From Candidatus Saccharimonadales bacterium (lineage in GTDB: Bacteria > Patescibacteriota > Saccharimonadia > Saccharimonadales > JANWIN01), in the NCBI GenBank assembly GCA_025449905.1, contig JANWIN010000011.1:724-64723 (forward strand): DNA of 64,000 bases, given 5' to 3'. The translations under genes were made by a program, and so were the position numbers. A model generated the notes under the pieces. That model saw only the letters and a list, made by a program, of their open reading frames with translations. It did no database searches and was not told the DNA's origin. Shown here piece after piece: positions 47,905 through 57,436 of this stretch. Position 1 is the stretch's first letter, and every line of letters starts with the position of its first letter.

Positions 47905-49881
47905 CTAATCGGGCTGATCGGCACCCAGTAATTTGGCGCGCATTTCTTCAAACCGTTTTTGCTGATCTGTTGCCCCGTCTTCGGGTTTGGCTGCTTGGCC
48001 GTTAGCATGAACGGTTTGAGCCTCAACTTTGCCGCCAATGACGTTAACTACCGGTATAACTATCGGGCTGCGCTGGGTGCGCTCATATAAGAAATGCGTA
48101 ACATGTTCTTTTAGTTCTTGCTTAAACCTATCCAGGTCAATGCGTTTAAAGCGCTGGGTGGCCGCCCGACGCAGTTCAGTTCTAAGATCATTCATCAGTT
48201 CTTCGTTATCTCTTATATATATAAAGCCTCGGCTAATAATATCCGGACTAGATAGTAATTGACCGCTCTTTTTATCGATAGTTAAGACAACTGTCACTAG
48301 GCCGGCATCAGCCAGCATAATGCGGTCTTTTATAACTACATTGGGCACAATCTGGCCGGTTTGATCCACCAGCAGACTACCGTGTGGCACCTGGCCGGCT
48401 TCTTCGACGCTATCACTGCTAAACAACAGACTATCACCGTTATTTGGCAGCAAGATCTTATTACGAGGTATACCTTCCTGAACAGCAATTTCAGCATGAT
48501 ATTTACGGCGCAAAGCGCCGCCATGAACCGGAATTAGATATTTTGGTTTAATCATTTGTATCATTTCTCTTAGCTCTTCGCGTCGAGCGTGACCGGACAC
48601 GTGCAAAGGCCCGCAACCATCAAGTTCATGGGTCGGATGACGGAATAGGTTGACACCTTTGCGAGCAAGATTATTGCTGATCTGATCGTAGCGAATCTCG
48701 TTACCCGGAATGGGACTGGAGCTAATAACTACCGTGTCGCCCTCTTTAAGCTTGATGTATTTGTGATCGCCTTCGCTCATACGCTGCAAGGCCGCGCCCG
48801 GCTCGCCTTGTCCTCCGGTACACATAACCAAAATCTTGTTATCAGCAATGTTGGCACTATCACGCATTGGCACAATAGTCCCCTTCGGAACTTTAAGTAT
48901 GCCTTGCCTGACCGCAATTTCGGCGTAGCTCATCATACTGCGGCCGTCCAAAGCGACTCTGCGCCCGGCATTTACAGCTGCATTAACAACCATCTGGATA
49001 CGGTTCATATTACTGGAGAAAATTGCTATAAAGATTCGCCCGCTAGAGGCTGCTATTACATCATGAAAACTTTGCTGCAAAGTATCTTCAGTCGGCGTCC
49101 GACCCTCCTCATTTGAATAACTACTCTCACTAAGTAGTAGCAAAACTCCTTGGCTGGCTAGTTCGTTTAGGCGTTTTGTGTCGCTTGGCAAATGATCCAG
49201 TGGTTCTGGGTCGAGTCGGAAGTCGCCGGTAACAATTATTCTGCCTACGGGCGTATCAATGCAAACGCTCGACGCTTCTGGAATAGAATGCGTAATTCGT
49301 ATTAATTCAACAGTAAACTCACCAAGTTTGAGTCTCTCGTGATTATCCATGTTCATAATAATCAACTTGGGGGTAAAATCCAGCCCAGATTCAGCTTTGG
49401 CATCTTCAAAAGTCTTCTCTACTATGCCCATCGTAAAGCGCGAGCCGTAAATTGGCGCCGGCACTCTCGGCACAATATGTTTTAACCCGCCGACATGGTC
49501 AAGATGCCCATGAGTTACTACATAGCCTTTAACTTTGCGTTTGATAGATTCAAGATAAGTAGGGTCTGCAATGGCATAGTTTACGCCGGGTAAATCGATA
49601 CCTAGACTGTTTCCGCAGTCAACAACTATTGCTTCGTTTTTATACTCAATAATCGCCATATTTTTTTCGCCAACGTCTTCAAGGCCACCCAGAAATGTAA
49701 TCTTTAACTTGTTGGCCTCGTCAGCTATAACGTTTGCCCGACGCTCCAGCTTATTAGCCGACGCATCTAAGTATTCGTTGGCAATATCTTTGGCATTTTC
49801 AGATGCGCGTTTTTGGGCACGCAAAGCAGCGCCGCGAGAAACTTTTGGCGGTGTATTTGGCTTTGGTTTAGGTTGATTCAT
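47905..49881 (-). CDS. rnj: ribonuclease J
   Basis: LGGLEDVGEKNM, THGHLDHVGG, THSIP, TGDF, HVSGH, PVHG. Confidence 0.95.
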   Translation of the reverse strand: MNQPKPKPNTPPKVSRGAALRAQKRASENAKDIANEYLDASANKLERRANVIADEANKLKITFLGGLEDVGEKNMAIIEYKNEAIVVDCGNSLGIDLPGVNYAIADPTYLESIKRKVKGYVVTHGHLDHVGGLKHIVPRVPAPIYGSRFTMGIVEKTFEDAKAESGLDFTPKLIIMNMDNHERLKLGEFTVELIRITHSIPEASSVCIDTPVGRIIVTGDFRLDPEPLDHLPSDTKRLNELASQGVLLLLSESSYSNEEGRTPTEDTLQQSFHDVIAASSGRIFIAIFSSNMNRIQMVVNAAVNAGRRVALDGRSMMSYAEIAVRQGILKVPKGTIVPMRDSANIADNKILVMCTGGQGEPGAALQRMSEGDHKYIKLKEGDTVVISSSPIPGNEIRYDQISNNLARKGVNLFRHPTHELDGCGPLHVSGHARREELREMIQMIKPKYLIPVHGGALRRKYHAEIAVQEGIPRNKILLPNNGDSLLFSSDSVEEAGQVPHGSLLVDQTGQIVPNVVIKDRIMLADAGLVTVVLTIDKKSGQLLSSPDIISRGFIYIRDNEELMNDLRTELRRAATQRFKRIDLDRFKQELKEHVTHFLYERTQRSPIVIPVVNVIGGKVEAQTVHANGQAAKPEDGATDQQKRFEEMRAKLLGADQPD

Positions 49882-49899
49882 ATTATTAATTTTCCTTTC

Positions 49900-50673
49900 T
49901 TAGGCTGTCTTTTTTATAAGTTTTAAGATGTCCGGAATCCGGGCAAAGTCATCTATTAAAGTTTGGCGCATAGCGCCGTTATAAAGAGCGGCCGCCGGAT
50001 GAAACAGCGGCAGGATGACCAAGGACGTAATAGACTGCTCGTCGGCTGAGCCGCCGACTCTGCTATTACTTGCGACGAATTGCTGCGTCAGCTGCGTGCG
50101 AGACTCACTCTTCGTACCATCTGTACGTTTCGTTCGTTTCTCCTTGCTTCCTTGCACTTCATCCGCCCCTAGGTCTCCTGTAGGTCTGGACTGTGTGCTG
50201 TCAGCTGTCAGCTGTAACCTAATCCTCTTGGGCTGTCCGTGAACTTCGCCGATTGATAAATCTGGCAAGAAACAATTCATGCTATGACGGCCCAATGTAG
50301 CTACAATTTTGGGCTTAATTACTTTCAATTGAGTCTGCAAAAACGGCAAGAAAGCCACCTTCTCTTCCGGCAATGGATCACGGTTATTGGGTGGGCGGTA
50401 TTTAACAATGTTTGTTATGTATACGTCGGTTCTTTTTAGGCCTATCATCTCCAGCATTTCGTTTAAAAACTTGCCAGCGGCGCCAACGAATGGCAAGCCT
50501 TGCAGGTCTTCGTTTTTACCCGGTGCTTCGCCGACAAAAACAATGTCGGCATCAGCATTGCCGTCGCCAAACACCAGTTGGGTGGCCTCTTTTGCCAGTT
50601 CAGGACAAACTTTTTGCTCAATTATTGATTTAGCAATTTTATCCAGCTGGTTTTGCTTGGCTATTTTAGTCAT
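49900..50673 (-). CDS. udg: uracil-DNA glycosylase family 4 with in-frame repeat insertion
   Basis: GEAPG, PFVGAAG, TNIVKYRPPNNRDP, TLGR, FHPAAALY. Confidence 0.92.
   Translation of the reverse strand: MTKIAKQNQLDKIAKSIIEQKVCPELAKEATQLVFGDGNADADIVFVGEAPGKNEDLQGLPFVGAAGKFLNEMLEMIGLKRTDVYITNIVKYRPPNNRDPLPEEKVAFLPFLQTQLKVIKPKIVATLGRHSMNCFLPDLSIGEVHGQPKRIRLQLTADSTQSRPTGDLGADEVQGSKEKRTKRTDGTKSESRTQLTQQFVASNSRVGGSADEQSITSLVILPLFHPAAALYNGAMRQTLIDDFARIPDILKLIKKTA
50030..50220 (-). repeat. palindromic dispersed element (RPE-like), copy B, in frame in udg
   Basis: ggatgaagtgcaaggaagc..gaaaCGTACagatgGTACGaagagtgag..gctgacgcagc aligns with copy A; flanked by ctgtcag-type heptamers. Confidence 0.75.
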
Positions 50674-50674
50674 T

Positions 50675-50863
50675 TTATTTTCCGCGAATAGCTTTTATCA
50701 GACGATTTATGGTAAAAACAATTAAAATCAGTACAAAAAGATACAGCCACTGGCTGCCAGTATCAATAGCCCTAATTGCAATTACATAAAGAGCAATTAG
50801 TGCTAGAGCGGCTGATAAAACGTAGCCACTTCGACTGTTTAATTCAAACTTGGTTTTATTCAT
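50675..50863 (-). CDS. small membrane protein
   Basis: Two TMs around RAIDTGS; start MNKTKF overlaps the pnp end. Confidence 0.7.
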   Translation of the reverse strand: MNKTKFELNSRSGYVLSAALALIALYVIAIRAIDTGSQWLYLFVLILIVFTINRLIKAIRGK

Positions 50864-52985
50864 TGTTCTCATTTCTTTTAGCGGCCCGCATTGATAGCTG
50901 CAAGCGACCGCGGTCATCTATCGCCACCAGTTTTACGTCAACTCTATCGCCTTCTTTAACGACATCACTGGGTTTATTAACCCGTTCTTCGGCCATTTCG
51001 CTAACATGTACCAAGCCGTCTTTGCCAGGCAGAATTTGCACGAATGCTCCAAAATCCATGACCGAAACAACCGGTGCATCTCTGTAGATTTTGCCAACTT
51101 CCGGCTCTTCAGTAATATTTTGTACCCATTGTATAGCCGCATCAATGCTGCTCTTGTCCGGACTAGCAATCATTACCGTACCATCGTCTTTAATATCAAT
51201 CTCGGCACCAGTTTCGGCAATAATCTTGTTGATTGTCTCGCCGCCCTTGCCAATAACTTCGCGAATCTTATCAGGGTTAATCTTAATGGCTTCCACGCGC
51301 GGAGCAAATGGGCTCATTTCTTTGTTCGACTGGGGCATAGTTTCCAGCATATGGGCTAAAATTTCGGCCCGGCCTTGCTTGCCCTGCTGCAGCGCTTTAG
51401 ACAAAATTTCCACCGGCAGACCATGGACTTTCATGTCCATCTGCAAGGCTGTAATGCCCTTTTCGGTACCAGCAACTTTAAAGTCCATATCGCCGGCAAA
51501 ATCTTCGGCATCGGCAATATCGCTTAAAATATAAGGCTTATCATTATCGAGCATCAACCCCATGGCGATACCGCTAACCGGTCTCGTCAAAGGTACGCCA
51601 GCGTCCATTAAAGCTAAGCAGCTTGAGCAAGTTGCCGCCATAGAAGTACTGCCGTTTTGGCTCATAATTTCGGTTACTGAGCGAATAGTGTACGGAAAGT
51701 CAGCAGCGTCCGGCAAAACGGCATCAAGAGCTCGTTCTGCAAGGTAGCCATGACCGATTTCTCGCCGTCCGGGGCTGCCTAGGCGCTTAACTTCGCCAAC
51801 TGTGTAGCCTGGCGCGTTGTAGTGGTGCAGGAAGCGCCGTTCACCCTCTTTTTCCATAGTGTCTACCAGCTGAACATAGCTCAGTGGTGCTAGGGTTACG
51901 ATATTTAGGGCTTGCGTCACGCCGCGGGTAAATAAGCTCGAGCCGTGGGCCCTCGGTAACAGTCCAACTTCACTGGACAAAGGCCGAATTTCAGTTAATT
52001 TACGGCCATCGGGGCGAATATTTTCAGCAACTATGCCAGCTCGAACATCTTTGTGTAAGGCCAGCGTAAATGCATCGTTATATTCAGCTTTTTGCTCGCC
52101 AAAATCTTCACCAAGCTCTTCTTCAAAATGAGCATGCATGCTTTCACGCAGTCTATTTACCAGATCATTTCGTTCCGGATACGGCATTCTCAAGCCGGCA
52201 CCTAGTTTTCCAGCCAGCCAAGTTTCCACTCGCTGCATAATATCGCTATCCGGTAGAGTTAATTCATATTCTTGAGGCGTAACTCCAACTTTTTTAATTA
52301 ATTCTTCTTGTAACTCAATTGCCGGTTGGATAGCTTTTTGGGCAAATTCTAAGGCCTTAACAACCTCATCCTCGCTGACTTCATTAGCACCAGCTTCTAC
52401 CATCATGATGCCGTCTTTGGTGCCAGCCACAACTAGGTCTAAGCCGTTATCAAGCTCCTCTGCGCTGGCAAAGGCTTTAAACTCGCCTTTGACTTGGCCT
52501 ACGCGAACACCGGCTACAGGGCCGTCAAACGGTGCGCCAGTCAACATAAAAGCTGCACTCATAGCAATCATAGCTACAGCATCAGGCCTAAACTCCGGGT
52601 CCATACTTAACACCGTAGCTACGCCCTGGACTTCGTTGTGATAGCCCTTTGGCCATAGCGGACGAATTGGCCGGTCAATTAATCTGCTGATCAAAACGGC
52701 GTCATCAGATGGGCGGCCTTCTCTTTTTATGAATCTACTGCCGCTAATTTTGCCGGCGGCGTACATTTTTTCTTCGTAATCGATGGACAGCGGAAAATAG
52801 TCAAAACCGTGCGCCGGTTTATCGCTGACCATGGCTGTACCTAGCACCACAGTGTCACCATAGCGCGCTAAAACTGCCGCTGAGCTTCTAAAGCCAACGC
52901 GGCCAACTTCCAGTGATAGTTTTTGACCGGCAAAGTCGGTCTCTACTTTTATTATTTCTTTACCAAACGGATTAATAGTACTCAC
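50856..52985 (-). CDS. pnp: polyribonucleotide nucleotidyltransferase
   Basis: FIKREGRP, RPDGR, HGSSLFTRG, RREIGHG, GDMDFK, KH and S1 domains; probable GTG start. Confidence 0.96.
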   Translation of the reverse strand: MSTINPFGKEIIKVETDFAGQKLSLEVGRVGFRSSAAVLARYGDTVVLGTAMVSDKPAHGFDYFPLSIDYEEKMYAAGKISGSRFIKREGRPSDDAVLISRLIDRPIRPLWPKGYHNEVQGVATVLSMDPEFRPDAVAMIAMSAAFMLTGAPFDGPVAGVRVGQVKGEFKAFASAEELDNGLDLVVAGTKDGIMMVEAGANEVSEDEVVKALEFAQKAIQPAIELQEELIKKVGVTPQEYELTLPDSDIMQRVETWLAGKLGAGLRMPYPERNDLVNRLRESMHAHFEEELGEDFGEQKAEYNDAFTLALHKDVRAGIVAENIRPDGRKLTEIRPLSSEVGLLPRAHGSSLFTRGVTQALNIVTLAPLSYVQLVDTMEKEGERRFLHHYNAPGYTVGEVKRLGSPGRREIGHGYLAERALDAVLPDAADFPYTIRSVTEIMSQNGSTSMAATCSSCLALMDAGVPLTRPVSGIAMGLMLDNDKPYILSDIADAEDFAGDMDFKVAGTEKGITALQMDMKVHGLPVEILSKALQQGKQGRAEILAHMLETMPQSNKEMSPFAPRVEAIKINPDKIREVIGKGGETINKIIAETGAEIDIKDDGTVMIASPDKSSIDAAIQWVQNITEEPEVGKIYRDAPVVSVMDFGAFVQILPGKDGLVHVSEMAEERVNKPSDVVKEGDRVDVKLVAIDDRGRLQLSMRAAKRNENNE

Positions 52986-53163
52986 CTCGTTTGTTTCCTT
53001 TCCAATAGGCAGTATTTTCGTTTGCACAGTTCAAATATATGCCTTGTGCTGGTTCATATATCTGTCGCTTTGCAAACGAAGTCGCCCCTTAATAGTTATA
53101 TTAGTGACTTGTTAATGTGCACAAGCTCTGTTGCCCGCTTTGGGCAGCATCAGTCTGAGCAAA

Positions 53164-53430
53164 TTAGCGTCGTAGGCCTAGTTTTTTTATTAGTTCAAGG
53201 TATTCATTACTATCTTTATCGGCGATATATTGCAGTAAGCGGCGGCGCTGGCCAACCATTTGCAGCAGCCCGCGGCGAGTAGCAAAGTCTTTTTTGTGAG
53301 TCTTTAAATGAGCCGTCAATTCCTCAATGCGTTTGGTCAAAATACCAACTTGAACTGCGCTACTACCGGTGTCTTTTTTGTGCTTTGCCAGATCGGCAAT
53401 TACAGCACTCTTCTTCTCACCACTAATCAT
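53164..53430 (-). CDS. rpsO: 30S ribosomal protein S15
   Basis: DTGS..VQV, HKKD, RRGLLQMVGQRRRLL. Confidence 0.96.
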   Translation of the reverse strand: MISGEKKSAVIADLAKHKKDTGSSAVQVGILTKRIEELTAHLKTHKKDFATRRGLLQMVGQRRRLLQYIADKDSNEYLELIKKLGLRR

Positions 53431-53460
53431 CGTTACCTAGATACTAGCATATTTACTCTG

Positions 53461-54135
53461 TTAGAGCAATAGCAATTTGTGTTCAATTGAATCAAAGTTT
53501 AGTTCAGTTATTGAGTCTTTTAAATCGTAGTCACCGACTTGAATACGTTTTAGGTTCGTCATGTAGGCGCCGGTGCCCAATTTTTGGCCTACGTCTTCAA
53601 CCAACGAGCGAATGTATGTGCCGCTTGATACTTTGGTGGTGAATGAAATTAGCGGATATTTGTACTTAATATCAGCTATTTCGTGGACCGTCACCTGCCT
53701 AGGTTCAATTTTTACTTCTTTTCCGGCCCTAGCCAGTTTATAAGCGCGCTGCCCACCGACTTTTAAAGCTGAAAATGCGTGCGGGGTTTGCTCAATCTCG
53801 CCCAAAAAGCTTTTTAGGGCCTCGTTTACTGCTTTTTCTGAAGGTTTTTTGTCGGAAATGACCGTTTTATCCCCTTCCTCATCACCGGTTGTGCTGGTTT
53901 CACCTAGTTTCATTTCAACTTCATAAGTTTTGTCCAGTTTCAAAAATTCTTGGGCTGTTTTAGTGTAATTGCCAACTAAAATAATCAATAAACCAGTAGC
54001 TAATGGATCCAAAGTCCCTGCATGACCAACTTTGGGCTTAGTAGTTCCCTGCTTTTTGAGCAAGCCGCGAATTTTAGCCACGACATCATGCGACGTCCAG
54101 CTCTTTGGCTTATTAACCAGTAAAAATCCGTTCAT
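53461..54135 (-). CDS. truB: tRNA pseudouridine(55) synthase
   Basis: TSHDVV, GHAGTLDPLATGLL, SSGTYIRSL. Confidence 0.96.
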   Translation of the reverse strand: MNGFLLVNKPKSWTSHDVVAKIRGLLKKQGTTKPKVGHAGTLDPLATGLLIILVGNYTKTAQEFLKLDKTYEVEMKLGETSTTGDEEGDKTVISDKKPSEKAVNEALKSFLGEIEQTPHAFSALKVGGQRAYKLARAGKEVKIEPRQVTVHEIADIKYKYPLISFTTKVSSGTYIRSLVEDVGQKLGTGAYMTNLKRIQVGDYDLKDSITELNFDSIEHKLLLL

Positions 54136-55295
54136 GCAGCTTTTGGATAAAACAACTTTTTGCCAGGTGTCATTGCAGCTGCACTTCTTAGGGTAATTCC
54201 TTGTTTTTTAGTAACTATTCCTATTACTTTTGCTTCCACTCCATTTTCAGTAGCAACTTTAATAAGTTCATCCGGCTGGCTGGTGGCATTAATTGTGCCA
54301 TGTCCCAGGCCAAGTATGCCATACATGACTTCATCTGTTATTTCTGCTTCTGCTTGCAATAGTTTAGCCGATTCAGGTGCTGGCATTGGCTCCTCTATGT
54401 CAGCACCATACCCATTTACAGCCAACATATCGCCTAGTTTTCCGGGTATCCCGCCACCAGTAATGTGCACCGAACCTTCGATTTTAGCTCTCTCCTTGTG
54501 GCGCAAATCCATACCACCCAAAGCATCAATATATACCGGCGTATAAATTGTAGATCCTCGAAGTAAAGCGTGGCCAAGCTTTTGCCTTCCCTCATCAAAA
54601 TCAAATTCTTTATTAAACCACCGGGGACCAAAATGTTCTTTGGCTAATTCTTGAAGCTTAGTGTAACCATTTGATCTGTTGCCTAGTTCGCGCAGTGCAA
54701 CAAGCGCCATACCCGGCTCAATCTTGGTGTTGTCAACCAGTCTATCGGGGTGCCCCTTGGCCACAGCTGTTGCAGTCCAGTCATAATGTAGATGTAGATC
54801 GGGGTTGCCATATCCTCTAATCATATTGCCTAAAATGGCTGTTTCGCCGCCAAATACCGCCACGCGGCCAACTTTAGCAGCCATAATCATACCGTTCGCT
54901 AGCTGCTCCATGTATTTCTTTAAGTGGTCATTCAGGCGATTAACAGCTAGTGAGGTATTGATAACAGCCGGCTCAAAACCGCGAATAGCAGCATCATCAA
55001 TGCACATAGCGAATAAATCAAAAGCAGCGGTATCATACAGAGATGTCATCTGGCTTATCTTAATCTTGGTGCCTATGCCGTCGGTTTCCAATGAATTAAC
55101 CAATTTTTGGTGTTCTGGCATCTCATATAAAGGACCGTCTGTCCAGAACCGCATACCGCGAAAATGGTCTATGTCGGCAACCACTTCGCCATATTTACCA
55201 GTTCTATTGGGCCAAGTATATGTATTGGCGTGGTAAATCATATCTGATGCATCATCGCCTAAATTAATCACAGCTTCTCTGTAAGTATCACTCAT
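54132..55295 (-). CDS. purM: AIR synthase (PurM)-like protein (divergent)
   Basis: TDGIGTK, AMCIDD, GGETA, SNGYT, HITGGG. Confidence 0.78.
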   Translation of the reverse strand: MSDTYREAVINLGDDASDMIYHANTYTWPNRTGKYGEVVADIDHFRGMRFWTDGPLYEMPEHQKLVNSLETDGIGTKIKISQMTSLYDTAAFDLFAMCIDDAAIRGFEPAVINTSLAVNRLNDHLKKYMEQLANGMIMAAKVGRVAVFGGETAILGNMIRGYGNPDLHLHYDWTATAVAKGHPDRLVDNTKIEPGMALVALRELGNRSNGYTKLQELAKEHFGPRWFNKEFDFDEGRQKLGHALLRGSTIYTPVYIDALGGMDLRHKERAKIEGSVHITGGGIPGKLGDMLAVNGYGADIEEPMPAPESAKLLQAEAEITDEVMYGILGLGHGTINATSQPDELIKVATENGVEAKVIGIVTKKQGITLRSAAAMTPGKKLFYPKAA

Positions 55296-55343
55296 TCAGT
55301 TCAATTATGAATTTGGGCCTTTAAAACTGCAAGCAAAAGAGTT

Positions 55344-56951
55344 TTAGGCTGTTGGCGGCATCATTGGTGGTGGAACTGGCGGTGGCGGACCAGTTGGCCC
55401 TTGAGCAGAAGTTGGATTACCCGCTGGGCTATTTTGGCCTAGGTCAATCGGCTGTGCATTAAGTGCCGCAATTGGTTTTAGGGGCTCGCTTTGACCATTT
55501 TGGGCGGCATTTACACCTTGTCGGGCGCCTGCGACAGTAGGCGGGGTTTGGGCACCAAATAATCGACTATCGACGGTGTTAGAACCAAAGTCTGACGTCG
55601 GCAGATTTTGGACCGCGCTGGCAGCCGGAGCATTTGCTGGCTGGCTAAGCGGGTCGGCTGATGGCGGTTCTAATTCCGGAGTAGTATTGGCAGTCAAAGT
55701 TCCGCCATGAGTTGGTGGTTGAAGCACCATATGTGTTGAACCTTGACCGCTAGACGGTGGAGCTACTGGCGGTTGAGGCATTGCGGGCGGTTGATTTATA
55801 GTTGCCAAGTTTTCGTTTTCACTATGTAGTTCACCCTGCTCATCGATGCGAATGCGATCGACTTTATCCGACGCGATTTTTGAATCATCTTCCCCCGGTA
55901 GACTGACATCTTTACCGGTGGTTTTGCTCAAATCAATTGGCGGTGGGGCTGGTGGCTTTTCTTCATGAGGAACTTGTAATGTACCGTCAGTCTTCTTTGA
56001 ATCAACGTGAGGTATTGGTTTGGAGCTTTCTGGTGGTTTTTTAGCTACTGGCGGCTCCGGCACAGGTAGCGGTTCTTCAAGCTTGGTAGCAATTAACTGC
56101 TGGTTGGCACCGGCTTTCATTAGTTGAGAAGCAATTCCCATAGTGACAGCTGAAGTTTTGTTGTTACTAAAGCGGTCAGTTTCGGCAACAATGCCGGTTA
56201 GAAACGACGTGGCGATTTGGGCATCAAGCGAATTTGGTTTTAGTGATTCACCTAGACTAACCATTAGCTCACATAAACTGCTGGAGCCGGTTTCGCGCCA
56301 ATTTATAGCGCCGATGTCGCTGGTTTGCTGATTATTAACACTTATAACGGTAGCATCGTGCAAAATCCGGCCGTGCGCTGTTATGGCTTGATCAAGCTCT
56401 TCTTTTTTAGTGACGCCGATTGCTAAGACCACTTCGACATTGAAGTCGCCTTGGCTAAATTCCAGATCTTGCTCGCCTAGTGATGTCCTGTAAGGAGTTA
56501 TAAAAATTTTGACGTACTTATCTTCAATTTTGTAGCGCAACTTATCAGCTTTAGCTTTGTCCAGTGCAATAATAAAATCGCGTAGGCTATCGGTATTCTT
56601 TTCAATGGTTTCTTCCGGCTTCAAAAACTCAATAGTTGAGGGCACTGCTCCGCTAAAAACAGCCGTACCGTGTTTGCCAATTTTATTTAGCAGCAAAGTA
56701 ACACCTATACAGGCGGCAAGTTGGTCAACGCTGGGGTTATTACTAACCGTTATCAACACATTGTTGGCTTGTTTTAGACGTTCAACTACCTCCTGTTTAG
56801 CCGATGCTGTAGGCGCTGGAGCCGGTTGGGCCGCAATAGGCTGCCATGGTTGGGGCTGATTCAAGGGTGCAGGTGGCGGCAAATTACCAGCTGGACCACT
56901 GGGAGGTGGCATGGGTGGCGGAATTTGTGGTGGAGGATTATTTGGGTCCAT
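55344..56951 (-). CDS. degenerate DHH-family protein with Pro-rich termini
   Basis: VLITV..PSVD, SSLCE, IATSFLTGIVAETDRF, LMKAGA; catalytic residues replaced. Confidence 0.7.
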   Translation of the reverse strand: MDPNNPPPQIPPPMPPPSGPAGNLPPPAPLNQPQPWQPIAAQPAPAPTASAKQEVVERLKQANNVLITVSNNPSVDQLAACIGVTLLLNKIGKHGTAVFSGAVPSTIEFLKPEETIEKNTDSLRDFIIALDKAKADKLRYKIEDKYVKIFITPYRTSLGEQDLEFSQGDFNVEVVLAIGVTKKEELDQAITAHGRILHDATVISVNNQQTSDIGAINWRETGSSSLCELMVSLGESLKPNSLDAQIATSFLTGIVAETDRFSNNKTSAVTMGIASQLMKAGANQQLIATKLEEPLPVPEPPVAKKPPESSKPIPHVDSKKTDGTLQVPHEEKPPAPPPIDLSKTTGKDVSLPGEDDSKIASDKVDRIRIDEQGELHSENENLATINQPPAMPQPPVAPPSSGQGSTHMVLQPPTHGGTLTANTTPELEPPSADPLSQPANAPAASAVQNLPTSDFGSNTVDSRLFGAQTPPTVAGARQGVNAAQNGQSEPLKPIAALNAQPIDLGQNSPAGNPTSAQGPTGPPPPVPPPMMPPTA

Positions 56952-57091
56952 CTATTTAGTTTTTATTTTTAAAACGCTCTCTGGGAATATACCATAAACG
57001 CTTATGTCTGTCTACTCTGTTTGCAAAGAGTTGGCTTCTGGGTTATAGTCTAGCTTCGATATCAGTTAAATAACAGATGAAAGATTAATTA

Positions 57092-57436
57092 ATGCCGATA
57101 ATCAAATCAGCTAAGAAACGTGTCCGCCAAACCCGTAAGGCTTCTGTTCGTAATACTAGAACTCGCCGTAACCTGCGGGCTGCCTTAAAAAACTTGCAAG
57201 TCGCATTGGATAACAAGGACAGTAAAAAACTAACCGAAGCTCAGCGGGCCGCTCAAAGCGCTCTGGATACGGCTGTTAAAAAGGGCTTAATGCATAAGAA
57301 TAAGGCTGCTCGTCAGAAAGCCCGCATTAGTGCCCAGTCTAAAGCCAGTGGCGCCAAAGTTACCAAATCTGCCCCTAAAACCCCAGCCAAAAAACCAGCT
57401 GCTAAGAAGCCAAGCTCAACAAAAAGTGGCGCATAG
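57092..57436 (+). CDS. rpsT: 30S ribosomal protein S20
   Basis: MPIIKSAKKRVRQ, LDTAVKKG.MHKNKAAR. Confidence 0.95.
   Translation: MPIIKSAKKRVRQTRKASVRNTRTRRNLRAALKNLQVALDNKDSKKLTEAQRAAQSALDTAVKKGLMHKNKAARQKARISAQSKASGAKVTKSAPKTPAKKPAAKKPSSTKSGA

Noticed and set aside
53030..53160. Novel ncRNA between rpsO and pnp
   Set aside because: Hairpins here are expected from the rpsO terminator and pnp leader; no independent support.
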